From positions 1 through 37,456 of the forward strand of contig CALFEZ010000308.1 in NCBI GenBank assembly GCA_937957895.1: a stretch of 37,456 bases of DNA, in the 5' to 3' direction. This stretch comes from an uncultured Erysipelotrichaceae bacterium. GTDB taxonomy: Bacteria; Bacillota_I; Bacilli_A; Erysipelotrichales; Erysipelotrichaceae. The notes beneath the pieces are model-generated. The model had not been told where the DNA came from. It worked only from the letters and a program-made list of their open reading frames with translations, and ran no database searches. The position numbers and the translations under genes are program-made. This document shows, in pieces, positions 9,027-21,128 of the stretch. The first letter of the stretch is position 1, and each line of letters begins with the position of its first letter.

Positions 9027-10367
9027 ATGACCGTCGCAGAATTATATTTAGAAGACATTTGGAAAAAGACCAAACATCTTTTAGTCGATGAAGGGCATTT
9101 GGAAGATATAGTGATGAACACTTATTTCCAAGAGGCCAGTTTGAATGACATCCAAAACAAACATGCTGTTGTGACTGTCAGGACTCACTTGCAAAAAGTC
9201 ATCCTGATCCAGGAAATCGAAAAGATAAACACCATCCTGCAAAGGATTCTTGATCGTGAGATTTATTGTGATGTCATGCTGGAAGAAGAATACAAAAACA
9301 ATAACAAAACAAACCACACCCCAAAACAGCAAGTTGAAGATAATCTTCTTGAATCATATACATTTGATAACTTCATCGTGGGACCAAGCAACAAAGAAAG
9401 TCATTCAGCTGCGTTGGCTTGTGCATATAGCCCTGGAAAATTTTACAATCCTTTGTTTATTTATGGGAATTCAGGCTTGGGAAAAACTCACTTGTTGAAC
9501 GCAGTTGGTAATTACGTTAAGAAAAATAATCCAGCCAAATCTGTTTATTACACGTCTAGCTCTGATTTTGTTAGTTGTGTCGTACAAGCCATCAAAGACA
9601 ATACGATCGAAGAATTCAAACAAAATCTACAGAACATCGATGTGTTATTAATGGATGATGTTCAGTTTTTGGCAGGAAAAGAAAAATCACACGAAGTGTT
9701 TTTTCATGTTTTCAATGAACTTGTTAACAATCGAAAACAAATCGTCATCACTTCAGACCGCCATCCTACAGAGATCAAAGGTTTGGAAGACCGCTTGATC
9801 AGCAGGTTTTCTTCAGGTTTATCTGTTGGAGTCGATTCACCTGAGTTTGAGACATCTTTGGCAATCTTGAAACTCAAAATGGAGCATCACAGTCTTGACT
9901 CTTCGATGATCGATGATGATGTTTTGACTTATATCGCAACCAACTTCTCAAAAGATGTTCGAAAACTGGAAGGCGCTTTGAATCGAATCATATTTTATTC
10001 CATCAATTTTGGTGCTGACCGTCATATCGACTTTAAAATGGCTGTGGGCGCTTTCAAGACTCAACCTGTTGCCGGTGATAAAGAACTGTCTGTAAACAAA
10101 ATCAAAAGAATCGTCTCTGATTATTACGGCCTAACAAAACAACAACTTGTATCAAAATCAAGAACTAAAAACATCTCAAACGCAAGACATATCGCGATAT
10201 ATTTATGTAGAAAGCACTTGGATCTACCTTTTATCAAGATCGGTGAAGAGTTTGGTAAAAGAGATCACTCCACTATTATCAGTTCTTGTGAAAAGATAGA
10301 AAAACAACTTAAAACAGATACCTTCTTATCTGTTGCGATTGGTGAGATAGAGAAGCAATTATTGTGA
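9027..10367 (+). CDS. dnaA: Chromosomal replication initiator protein DnaA
   Basis: 446 aa from the ATG at 9027, with AAGGAG 9 nt upstream. Walker A GNSGLGKTHL, box VII and a C-terminal DnaA-box-binding HTH (RHIAIYLCR...GKRDHSTI). The ORF-track extension to 8928 covers DnaA boxes. Confidence 0.97.
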   Translation: MTVAELYLEDIWKKTKHLLVDEGHLEDIVMNTYFQEASLNDIQNKHAVVTVRTHLQKVILIQEIEKINTILQRILDREIYCDVMLEEEYKNNNKTNHTPKQQVEDNLLESYTFDNFIVGPSNKESHSAALACAYSPGKFYNPLFIYGNSGLGKTHLLNAVGNYVKKNNPAKSVYYTSSSDFVSCVVQAIKDNTIEEFKQNLQNIDVLLMDDVQFLAGKEKSHEVFFHVFNELVNNRKQIVITSDRHPTEIKGLEDRLISRFSSGLSVGVDSPEFETSLAILKLKMEHHSLDSSMIDDDVLTYIATNFSKDVRKLEGALNRIIFYSINFGADRHIDFKMAVGAFKTQPVAGDKELSVNKIKRIVSDYYGLTKQQLVSKSRTKNISNARHIAIYLCRKHLDLPFIKIGEEFGKRDHSTIISSCEKIEKQLKTDTFLSVAIGEIEKQLL

Positions 10368-10379
10368 TTATCAACAAAT

Positions 10380-10495
10380 TTATCCACTTTTATTTAACAT
10401 AAAAAAGTGGTAAAATAATATAGTAAATATAGGGTTTTTGGAAGTTTTCCACATTCTCAACACCCTTAATAATAATTATCTTTATTTAAGATAAA
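10380..10495. other. oriC, dnaA-dnaN spacer with two DnaA boxes, a candidate DnaA-trio and an AT-rich unwinding element
   Basis: TTATCCACT (10380-10388) and TTTTCCACA (10445-10453). Then the C-rich ACACCC, then TAATAATAATTA (10467-10478), then the AT-rich run to about 10495. Confidence 0.7.
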
Positions 10496-10508
10496 AGGAG
10501 GAAAGTGT

Positions 10509-11630
10509 ATGGATTTCAAAATTTCAAAGAGGTACTTCAATAATGCTCTGACGACTGTGGCAAGAGCTATCTCAGCAAACTCACCACTTCCAGCATTGTC
10601 GGGTATCAAAATTGAAGTTTTTGATAACGAGATATTACTTACAGCAAGTGATTCTTTTATTTCGATCCAAAAAAGACTGACAAGCGATGACGAAGACTTC
10701 AATCTCGACATCAAAGAAAAAGGATCGATCGTGATCGAAGCGAAGTACATCTTGGAGATTGTCAGGAAAATCGATTCAGATGAGATCCATGTTGAGTTGT
10801 TGGATGGTTCGTTGACAAGAATCAGTGGCTACTATGCTGAATTCAACATCAACGGAACCAAAGCGATCGATTATCCAACCATAGATTTTTCAAAACCCGA
10901 TAAACAATTTACGATCGAAGCAGGCACGTTATTAAAAATCATCAATCAGACAGCCTTTGCTACAAGCGACAAAGAAACACGCCCTGTTTTAACGGGGGTC
11001 AATTTTAAAAAAGAAGGAAACACACTGGAATGTGTAGCAACAGACAGTTACCGTTTGGCAAGAAAAATCGTCAAACTCAACGAAAGTGGAAACTTCAATA
11101 TCACCATACCTTCAAAAGCTTTATCGGAGATTGCGAAATCGATCGAAAGAGAAAGTGATGTGGTTGTATGTGTTTCTGATAAAAAAGTGCAGTTCTGGAT
11201 AGATCATATCGTGATCCAATCCAGATTGATCGACGGTCTTTATCCAGAAACAAACCGACTCATTCCGACAGAATTCAATTACGAGTTATTAGTGGACGCA
11301 AGAGACATCTTGAATGCGATCGATAGAGCATCCTTCATCAAAAGTGAGGGGATCTCGATCATTCGTTTGTCAGCCTCTGAAAACGAGATAGTTGTTTCAA
11401 GCAGATCACAGGAAGTGGGTTATTCCAAAGAGAAATTGACGGCGATCCAATACAAAGGAGCTCCACTGGAAATTTCTTTTAGTGGAAGGTATGTGTTTGA
11501 TGCTATCAGAGCACTCACAGGACCAATCGTAAAGATTGAGTTTAGTGGAGATATGAAGCCTTTTGTGCTTCGCTCGACAGAGGATGATACGGTCTTACAG
11601 CTGGTGCTTCCGGTAAGAACTTATTCATAA
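10509..11630 (+). CDS. dnaN: DNA polymerase III beta sliding clamp
   Basis: 373 aa with the three-domain beta-clamp pattern (...VLTGVNF..., ...ATDSYRLA..., C-terminal LVLPVRT). SD AAAGGAGGAAA. Confidence 0.97.
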   Translation: MDFKISKRYFNNALTTVARAISANSPLPALSGIKIEVFDNEILLTASDSFISIQKRLTSDDEDFNLDIKEKGSIVIEAKYILEIVRKIDSDEIHVELLDGSLTRISGYYAEFNINGTKAIDYPTIDFSKPDKQFTIEAGTLLKIINQTAFATSDKETRPVLTGVNFKKEGNTLECVATDSYRLARKIVKLNESGNFNITIPSKALSEIAKSIERESDVVVCVSDKKVQFWIDHIVIQSRLIDGLYPETNRLIPTEFNYELLVDARDILNAIDRASFIKSEGISIIRLSASENEIVVSSRSQEVGYSKEKLTAIQYKGAPLEISFSGRYVFDAIRALTGPIVKIEFSGDMKPFVLRSTEDDTVLQLVLPVRTYS

Positions 11631-11636
11631 GCTACT

Positions 11637-11652
11637 AAGCCCTAAGGGGCTT
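11637..11652 (+). terminator. Small hairpin after dnaN; a weak or partial terminator
   Basis: AAGCCC-taag-GGGCTT followed by ATTTA. The U-tract is poor. Confidence 0.3.
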
Positions 11653-11681
11653 ATTTAGTGAGTTAGCATGGAGAGGATCAT

Positions 11682-11880
11682 ATGGTGAAAATCAAGGGAG
11701 ACTTTATCACTCTAGGACAATTATTGAAAAAAGAAGGGTTTATTGACTCTGGAAGTGATGCAAAATGGTTCTTGGGCGAAAACAAAATCATGGTCAACGA
11801 TACAAGTGAGGAACGACGAGGAAGAAAACTTTATGTTGGTGATGTCATCACCATCAACAAAAAGAAAATCGTTTTAGAAA

Positions 11881-11891
<11 letters not shown>
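11682..11891 (+). CDS. yaaA: S4-domain RNA-binding protein YaaA/RlbA
   Basis: 69 aa. ITLGQLLK...DAKWFL.EN.I.VND..E.RRGRKLYVGDVI matches B. subtilis YaaA. Conserved dnaN-yaaA-recF position. Confidence 0.85.
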
Positions 11892-14894
<3,003 letters not shown>

Positions 14895-14906
14895 AAAGGA
14901 GTAGTT

Positions 14907-17339
14907 ATGGAAGAAAACAAACAAATCAAAAATGTGAATATCACTTCTGAAATGAAAACTTCCTTTTTGGATTATGCAATGTCTGTTATTGTTGCCAGAG
15001 CGTTGCCTGATGTTCGAGATGGTCTGAAACCTGTTCATCGAAGGATTTTGTATGCGATGAACGATCTGGGGATGCATAGTGACAAACCTTACAAGAAATC
15101 TGCGAGGATCGTAGGGGAAGTGATCGGTAAGTACCATCCTCATGGAGATGTTGCAGTGTATGAGACTATGGTTCGTATGGCTCAGGATTTTTCATATAGA
15201 CATATGTTGGTCGATGGACATGGTAACTTCGGCTCAGTCGATGGAGATAGCGCAGCAGCTATGCGTTATACCGAAGCCAGAATGTCAAAGATCGCCATGG
15301 AGTTGATCAAAGACATCCAAAAAGATACGATTGATTTTGTTGATAATTATGACGGAGAAGAGAAAGAACCTTCAGTATTGCCTTCTTACTTTCCAAACAT
15401 GCTTGTCAACGGGGCTACCGGCATCGCTGTCGGTATGGCAACCAATATCCCTCCTCATAATCTTGGTGAAACGATCGATGCAACGATTTCAATCATGGAG
15501 AATCCTGAAATCGAGATGATAGAACTGATGGATGTGATCAAAGGACCTGATTTTCCAACAGGTGGATACATCCTGGGAAGGGCTGGCATCAAAGCAGCAT
15601 ACGAAACAGGTAAAGGATCGATAATCATACGATCGAAAGCCGATATCGTTGAAACACAAACAGGAAAAAAACGCATCATCGTTTCTGAGATACCATATCA
15701 AGTGAATAAGGCGACTCTTGTTGAGAAGATCGCAGCTTTAGTACGTGAGAAGCAAATCGAAGGCATCACGGATCTCCGTGACGAATCGAATCGTGATGGC
15801 ATACGCATAGTTATTGAGTTGAGAAAGGATGTACAAGCAGAAGTCATACTAAATCAACTGTATCGCATGAGTTCGATGCAGACGAGTTTTGGTATCAATA
15901 TGCTGGGATTGGTCGAGGGTGCTCCAAAACAGATGGGCATCAAAGAAGCCTTGGGTGTTTATATCGATCATCAAAAAGAAGTTGTTAGACGGAGAGTTAG
16001 CTTTGAGTTGAATAAAGCACTTGAACGTGCTCATATTTTGGAAGGGTTGCGTATCGCATTGGATAATATTGATGAAATCATCAGTATCATCCGGTCTTCA
16101 ATTGATGATCAAACCGCAATGGCTACCATGATCGAGAGATTTGGTTTGAGTGAGATCCAAGCAAAAGCGATCATGGACATGCGATTACGTCGTTTGACCG
16201 GACTTGAAAGAGATAAAATAGAAGACGAGTACATACAATTACAAGAGGCGATCGCTGATTACAAAGATATCTTAGAGAAAGAATCAAGAGTTGAAAACAT
16301 CGTAAAAGAGCAACTTTTGGAGATCAAACGGAGGTTTTCCGATCAACGCAGGACTGAAATACTGGATTCAGCACTCGATATGCAAGATGAAGATTTGATT
16401 CCGGTAGAAGATGTTGTGATCGCATTGACTCTCAACGGGTATATCAAGCGAACTACAGTAGATACTTATCACATCCAAAACCGTGGAGGTAAGGGTGTAA
16501 AGGGAATGACAACCCATTCAGACGATATCGTGGACCAGTTCATGTTCATGAGCACACATGATTTTCTTTTGCTTTTTACAAACTTTGGAAAAGTCTATAG
16601 GATCAAAGGATATCAAGTTCCTCAATCAGGAAGAACAGCAAAAGGATTACCTGTTGTCAACCTACTGAATTTGAACAAAGAGGAAAAAGTAAGAGCTCTT
16701 GTTTCCATCAAAAACGACGATCAATCAAGTTATTTGATCTTTGCAACGAAACAAGGATTAGTGAAGCGGGTCAAAGTGGATGAATTCGAGTCGATTCGAC
16801 AATCAGGCAAAATAGCGATCCGTCTCAATGATGATGACGAGTTGATTGCTGTCAAACAAACCTCAGGAGATGATGAAATCATCATTGCCGGATCCAACGG
16901 CAAAGCAGTTCGTTTTAATGAAAAACATGTTAGAGCCATGGGCCGTAGTGCAGCAGGGGTACTTGGGTTCAAAACAGATGGATCAGTTGTTGTTGGCATG
17001 ACGACCGATAAAGAAGGAACTTATCTACTGGCAATCACCGAAAGAGGATATGGTAAGAAGTCAGAATTAGATGAATATCGACTGACAAATCGCGGTGTAA
17101 AAGGGGTTAAGACGATCAATCTTACTGATAAGAATGGTGAGTTAGTGACCCTCAGGGCCTTGGAAGGACATGAAGACTTGCTGATCGTTACGGACGGAGG
17201 GCAAGTAATCAGGATTTCTGCCAAAGACATTGGTACATATGGAAGAAATACTCAAGGGGTCAAGTTGATCCAGATAAACAACGGAGCTAAAGTTTCATCC
17301 GTAGCAGTCATACCTAACAACCACAAAGAGCACGAATAG
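14907..17339 (+). CDS. gyrA: DNA gyrase subunit A
   Basis: 810 aa. Contains the AAMRYTE active-site Tyr region and the QRDR-like [15 protein letters not shown]. The C-terminal beta-pinwheel repeat carries the GyrA box QNRGGKG. Confidence 0.98.
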   Translation: MEENKQIKNVNITSEMKTSFLDYAMSVIVARALPDVRDGLKPVHRRILYAMNDLGMHSDKPYKKSARIVGEVIGKYHPHGDVAVYETMVRMAQDFSYRHMLVDGHGNFGSVDGDSAAAMRYTEARMSKIAMELIKDIQKDTIDFVDNYDGEEKEPSVLPSYFPNMLVNGATGIAVGMATNIPPHNLGETIDATISIMENPEIEMIELMDVIKGPDFPTGGYILGRAGIKAAYETGKGSIIIRSKADIVETQTGKKRIIVSEIPYQVNKATLVEKIAALVREKQIEGITDLRDESNRDGIRIVIELRKDVQAEVILNQLYRMSSMQTSFGINMLGLVEGAPKQMGIKEALGVYIDHQKEVVRRRVSFELNKALERAHILEGLRIALDNIDEIISIIRSSIDDQTAMATMIERFGLSEIQAKAIMDMRLRRLTGLERDKIEDEYIQLQEAIADYKDILEKESRVENIVKEQLLEIKRRFSDQRRTEILDSALDMQDEDLIPVEDVVIALTLNGYIKRTTVDTYHIQNRGGKGVKGMTTHSDDIVDQFMFMSTHDFLLLFTNFGKVYRIKGYQVPQSGRTAKGLPVVNLLNLNKEEKVRALVSIKNDDQSSYLIFATKQGLVKRVKVDEFESIRQSGKIAIRLNDDDELIAVKQTSGDDEIIIAGSNGKAVRFNEKHVRAMGRSAAGVLGFKTDGSVVVGMTTDKEGTYLLAITERGYGKKSELDEYRLTNRGVKGVKTINLTDKNGELVTLRALEGHEDLLIVTDGGQVIRISAKDIGTYGRNTQGVKLIQINNGAKVSSVAVIPNNHKEHE

Positions 17340-17350
17340 TGCTCTTTTAT
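17326..17350 (+). terminator. Probable terminator of the dnaA-gyrA gene block
   Basis: AAGAGCAC-gaata-GTGCTCTT followed by TTATTG. The stem spans the gyrA stop codon. Confidence 0.5.
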
Positions 17351-17364
17351 TGTATGAGGTTAAG

Positions 17365-17373
17365 TGGTAAAAT
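17365..17373 (+). promoter_or_regulatory. Extended -10 element (TGgTAAAAT), candidate serS promoter
   Basis: The TGn-TAAAAT match lies 58 nt upstream of the serS ATG. There is no good -35. Confidence 0.45.
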
Positions 17374-17400
17374 GAATTAGTCAATAAATCAAAAATGTGT

Positions 17401-17416
17401 TGTTTCACGTGAAACA
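17401..17416. promoter_or_regulatory. Perfect 16-bp palindrome TGTTTCACGTGAAACA in the serS leader
   Basis: Read directly from the sequence. It ends 5 nt before the serS SD (AAGGAGGG). It is either an operator or an RNA hairpin. Confidence 0.4.
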
Positions 17417-17430
17417 TCTAAGGAGGGTAT

Positions 17431-18708
17431 ATGTTAGATATAAAATCGATTCGCGAGAACCCCCAGAAAATAATCGAAGACCTAAATAAACGAGGGGGAG
17501 ATTATTCGGTGATCAACGAAATCGTCGATTTGGATAAGCATAAAAGAGAAATTATCCAGGAAGTAGAAACACTGAAGAGTTTTCGAAACGAAGCATCTAA
17601 AAATATAGGACAACTTAAGAAAAAAGGAGAAGATGCGAGTGCTCTGATGGAAGAGGTAGCAGAAGCAAACAGCAAAATCGCTGTTTTGGATCAAGAACTT
17701 GCATCCATCGAGGATCAATTTCAGCAACGCATGTATTTTCTTCCGAATGTTCCACGTGAAACAATTCCTATTGGTTCAAACGAGGATGACAACAAGGTGT
17801 TACGTACACATTTGACGCCAAGGGTGTTCGAATTCGAGCCCAAAGCGCATTGGGATCTTGGGGTGTCGCTTGATATTTTGGATTTCGAGGGAGGAGCAAA
17901 AATCACAGGCACACGTTTTACAGTGTACAAAGGAATGGGTGCCAAACTCGAAAGAGCATTGATTAACTTCATGCTTGATCTTCACACAAGTGAGCATGGT
18001 TACACAGAGATGATGCCGCCGTTTATGGTCAATGCAGCCAGTATGTTTGGGACAGGACAACTTCCAAAGTTTGAGGAAGATGCCTTTAAGGTAGAACCAT
18101 TTGGGTATTATCTAGCCCCTACAGCCGAAGTCCCTGTAACGAATTATCATGCAAACGAGATCTTGTCATTGGAACAACTACCGATTTGTTATACGGCTTA
18201 CACACCTTGTTTCAGAGCAGAAGCTGGATCAGCAGGAAGAGATACTCGAGGAATCATAAGACAACATCAATTCAACAAGGTTGAGTTGGTCAAGTTTGTT
18301 GTACCTGAAGATTCAGAGGCAGAGTTGGAAAAACTTACCAACAATGCGGAAGAAGTTCTGAAAAGACTCGAACTTCCTTATCGTGTGGTCGAATTATGCA
18401 CTGGAGACCTTGGATTTAGCAGTTCACACACATATGACTTGGAAGTGTGGTTGCCTTCATCACAAACATTCCGTGAAATTTCTTCATGTTCGAATTTTGG
18501 AGACTTTCAGGCAAGAAGAGCAAACATTCGTTTTAGAAAAGAAGCAAAAGGGAAAAATGAGTTTGTTCATACCCTCAACGGATCCGGACTTGCCGTGGGA
18601 AGAACCGTTGCAGCAATTTTGGAGAACTATCAAAACGAAGATGGGAGTGTTACTATTCCTAATGCATTAAGAACATATTTTGGGGGCTTGGAAAAGATTG
18701 AAAAATAA
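17431..18708 (+). CDS. serS: Serine--tRNA ligase
   Basis: 425 aa. N-terminal coiled-coil arm and class II motifs ([30 protein letters not shown]). Confidence 0.97.
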   Translation: MLDIKSIRENPQKIIEDLNKRGGDYSVINEIVDLDKHKREIIQEVETLKSFRNEASKNIGQLKKKGEDASALMEEVAEANSKIAVLDQELASIEDQFQQRMYFLPNVPRETIPIGSNEDDNKVLRTHLTPRVFEFEPKAHWDLGVSLDILDFEGGAKITGTRFTVYKGMGAKLERALINFMLDLHTSEHGYTEMMPPFMVNAASMFGTGQLPKFEEDAFKVEPFGYYLAPTAEVPVTNYHANEILSLEQLPICYTAYTPCFRAEAGSAGRDTRGIIRQHQFNKVELVKFVVPEDSEAELEKLTNNAEEVLKRLELPYRVVELCTGDLGFSSSHTYDLEVWLPSSQTFREISSCSNFGDFQARRANIRFRKEAKGKNEFVHTLNGSGLAVGRTVAAILENYQNEDGSVTIPNALRTYFGGLEKIEK

Positions 18709-18725
18709 TAGAAAACATGTATAAT
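18698..18725 (+). promoter_or_regulatory. Promoter of the SRP RNA gene
   Basis: TTGAAA (18698-18703), 16 nt spacer, TATAAT (18720-18725). The predicted start about 6-7 nt downstream coincides with the 5' end of the RNA's closing helix. Confidence 0.65.
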
Positions 18726-18730
18726 TAAAC

Positions 18731-18813
18731 GTGCTATCACAACATTACCTACTGAACCAGGTCAGGGTCGGAAGACAGCAGCCTTAAGGTGGCTCTTATG
18801 TGTGTGATAGCTT
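18731..18813 (+). ncRNA. ffs: Signal recognition particle RNA, small (4.5S-like, no Alu domain)
   Basis: Contains CCAGGUCAGGGUCGGAAGACAGCAGCC, matching the conserved domain IV (CCAGGUCAGGUCCGGAAGGAAGCAGCC in E. coli) including the GGAA tetraloop. Closing helix is GCUAUCACA (18733-18741) / UGUGAUAGC (18803-18811), followed by UUUUAUUUU. Confidence 0.85.
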
Positions 18814-18835
18814 TTATTTTCTTTGGAGGGAACAT

Positions 18836-19285
18836 ATGGATACCGTGTTCATGGAAGAAGCTCTTATATTAGCAAAAATGGCATTCTCCAAGGATGAAGT
18901 GCCTGTAGGGTGCGTGATCGTCCTTGATGGCAAGATCATTGGCCAAGGTTACAACTCAAAAGAAGAGACGCAGAATCCTTTGCATCATGCAGAGTTGATT
19001 GCGATTGAGCAGGCAAGTAAAAACCTCGGATCATGGCGTTTGGATCGGTGTGAATTATATGTAACTCTAGAGCCATGTCCGATGTGTGCCGGAGCGATCA
19101 TACAATCAAGGATACAAACGGTGATTTTCGGAGCGTACGATGAAAAAGGAGGAAGCTTTGGCACTCTTTTCAACTTGAATGACATCAAAGGGTTCAATCA
19201 CTATCCAAAAATCATTCCAGGGATACTACTACAGGAGAGTAGAGATCTGCTGCAACAGTTTTTTAGAAGCAAACGATTGAAGTGA
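18836..19285 (+). CDS. tadA: tRNA adenosine(34) deaminase
   Basis: CDA zinc motifs HAELIAIE and PCPMCAGA. Start trimmed to the ATG at 18836 (SD GGAGGG) because the ORF-track start at 18800 lies inside the SRP RNA. Confidence 0.93.
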   Translation: MDTVFMEEALILAKMAFSKDEVPVGCVIVLDGKIIGQGYNSKEETQNPLHHAELIAIEQASKNLGSWRLDRCELYVTLEPCPMCAGAIIQSRIQTVIFGAYDEKGGSFGTLFNLNDIKGFNHYPKIIPGILLQESRDLLQQFFRSKRLK

Positions 19286-19347
19286 TTTTGATGCAACAAG
19301 AATGATTAGATATAAGGCTTTTCTTTCTTTTATGTGGCATTGTATTT

Positions 19348-19356
19348 TGCTATAAT
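19348..19356 (+). promoter_or_regulatory. Extended -10 promoter element (TGcTATAAT) upstream of dnaX
   Basis: Canonical TGnTATAAT, 24 nt upstream of the dnaX ATG. The -35 is weak. Confidence 0.5.
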
Positions 19357-19379
19357 TAAGTAGAAAGTTGGGAGTTGTT

Positions 19380-21125
19380 ATGGCGTATAGAGCTCTTTAT
19401 CGAACATACCGCCCAGCAACCTTTGAAGAGGTCGTTGGACAGGAGCACATTGTACTCACAATACAAAATGCAATCAAAAAGAACAAGATAGCACATGCCT
19501 ATCTATTTTGTGGTCCAAGAGGGACAGGAAAAACGACAATAGCCAAATTGGTTGCTAAAAGTGTCAATTGCACATCGGATTCAGATGTGCCGTGCAATAC
19601 TTGCCATCATTGCAAATCGATTGCAGCAGGAACCCATCCCGATATTGTCGAAATCGATGCTGCAAGCAACAATGGGGTTGATGAGATCAGAGATCTTATC
19701 GAAAAAGTAAAATACTCGCCTATTGAAGCTAAATATAAAGTATATATTGTTGATGAAGTCCACATGTTATCCACAGGAGCTTTTAATGCGTTACTGAAGA
19801 CACTGGAGGAACCACCATCGCATGTGATTTTCATCTTGGCAACGACCGAACCTCACAAAGTGCTGCCCACGATCATTTCAAGATGCCAAAGATTCGATTT
19901 TACGAAAGTTCCACCTAAAGCGATTGCTGAAAGAGTAGAAAAAGTGCTCAAAATCGAGAAAATTTCCTATACAAAAGAAGTTGTAAGACTAATCAGCATT
20001 CTTGCAGAAGGCGGGTTAAGAGATGCACTGAGTATTCTCGAACAAGTTATCGCATATGCAAAAGATGAGTTAAAAGAGGAACATGTCTACAAAATCTATG
20101 GGATTTCCACCATCAAAGAGAAGATAGAACTTCTGGATTCTGTGTTCTCACAAAATGCTAAAAGCATTCTTCTTCAGCTGGACAATATTGAGAGAAAAAG
20201 CCACGATATCAAACGATTGACCAGTGATTTGATCGACATCTTAAAAGAAAGTGTGATTTTTAGTTACACAAAGGACGAAAGCATACTACAAATCATTACC
20301 AGTGAAGAAGCAGCGTTCATTTTATCCAAAAAAGGACCAGATGATTTGCTGTTGATGATCGATATATTGATCGATACATTCGAGAAATATCGAAACGCAA
20401 CAAACATCCATGCATATTTTGAAGTCTGCCTTCTAAAAATGATGAGTGCAGCAGACTTACATGTCGACGAACGGTCAAAATCAACGATAAAACCACTATC
20501 TTTAGAACCTGAGGGTGAAATCACACAAACACAGAAAATCAAAAGCAAACAGAAGCCAGCACCATCCAAGCAACCAGAGGTCATTGAACGAGATCCTACC
20601 AATAGTGATGAGATGGTTTTGGATCTGGAAGATGAAACATCGGATGAGATCGGCATAAGAAACTATTCGATAGAGGAAATCGTTCAATGCATGGTCGCTG
20701 CAGACAAGAACATGCGAATGAAGGAACAGAATCAGTGGCACTTGATCGAAGATTATGCACATGAACTTGAACATGCAAAGTATGCCCGGCATCTGATGCC
20801 TTCTGATATCGTTGTCAGTGGAGAGAAGTTTGTTGTTGTTGTGGTAAAATCAAAAGAAGTAGCAGATATGATCAATGACCCATCCCATGACAGTGAGTAT
20901 AAACTTCTTATGCAGAAAATCTTGGGCAGACCAAAACATGTCATAGCAATCACAAAGGATGTTTTTGAAACTGCTGTCATAGAGTATTTCAAGAGAACAG
21001 AAGAAAACAAACTTCCTGACCCAATTCAAATCGAAGAAGAGAAGCCAAAAAACGTTGGACCAAGCGTTGAAGAGAAGGCTTACGATCTATTTGGTGAAAA
21101 CATCGTAGTTTTAAACGAGGAGTAG
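19380..21125 (+). CDS. dnaX: DNA polymerase III subunit tau (clamp loader)
   Basis: AAA+ Walker A GPRGTGKTT, zinc module C..C..C..C (CTSDSDVPCNTCHHC), DEVHML and SRC (ISRCQRF). The C-terminal half is low-complexity. The ATG at 19380 is preceded by GGGAG. Confidence 0.95.
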   Translation: MAYRALYRTYRPATFEEVVGQEHIVLTIQNAIKKNKIAHAYLFCGPRGTGKTTIAKLVAKSVNCTSDSDVPCNTCHHCKSIAAGTHPDIVEIDAASNNGVDEIRDLIEKVKYSPIEAKYKVYIVDEVHMLSTGAFNALLKTLEEPPSHVIFILATTEPHKVLPTIISRCQRFDFTKVPPKAIAERVEKVLKIEKISYTKEVVRLISILAEGGLRDALSILEQVIAYAKDELKEEHVYKIYGISTIKEKIELLDSVFSQNAKSILLQLDNIERKSHDIKRLTSDLIDILKESVIFSYTKDESILQIITSEEAAFILSKKGPDDLLLMIDILIDTFEKYRNATNIHAYFEVCLLKMMSAADLHVDERSKSTIKPLSLEPEGEITQTQKIKSKQKPAPSKQPEVIERDPTNSDEMVLDLEDETSDEIGIRNYSIEEIVQCMVAADKNMRMKEQNQWHLIEDYAHELEHAKYARHLMPSDIVVSGEKFVVVVVKSKEVADMINDPSHDSEYKLLMQKILGRPKHVIAITKDVFETAVIEYFKRTEENKLPDPIQIEEEKPKNVGPSVEEKAYDLFGENIVVLNEE

Positions 21126-21128
21126 AGA

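Noticed and set aside
17340-17430. T-box riboswitch upstream of serS
   Set aside because: The spacer is only 91 nt. It has no specifier-loop/T-box (AGGGUGGNACCGCG-like) sequence and no terminator/antiterminator pair.
18800-18835. Upstream extension of tadA (ORF-track start 18800)
   Set aside because: It overlaps the 3' helix and U-tract of the SRP RNA. The ATG at 18836 has its own GGAGGG SD and gives a canonical ~149-aa TadA.
20325-20344. Possible programmed -1 frameshift or transcriptional slippage in dnaX at TCC-AAA-AAA-GGA, with a -1 frame TGA at 20342-20344 (a gamma-like short product)
   Set aside because: The heptamer is C-AAA-AAA in the zero frame, not the canonical A-AAA-AAG, and no downstream stem-loop was seen. 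A6 runs are common in this AT-rich DNA. Truncation at about residue 320 would probably cut into clamp-loader domain III. This is only worth revisiting if proteomics shows two DnaX species.
20264-20656. 130-aa antisense ORF inside dnaX. The same applies to 33993..34388 inside tcdA, 29731..30048 and 30428..30769 inside mutS, and 34745..35110 inside msrA.
   Set aside because: All lie opposite well-supported genes and have no independent start signals. Their Ser/Cys/Phe-rich composition is characteristic of antisense frames.
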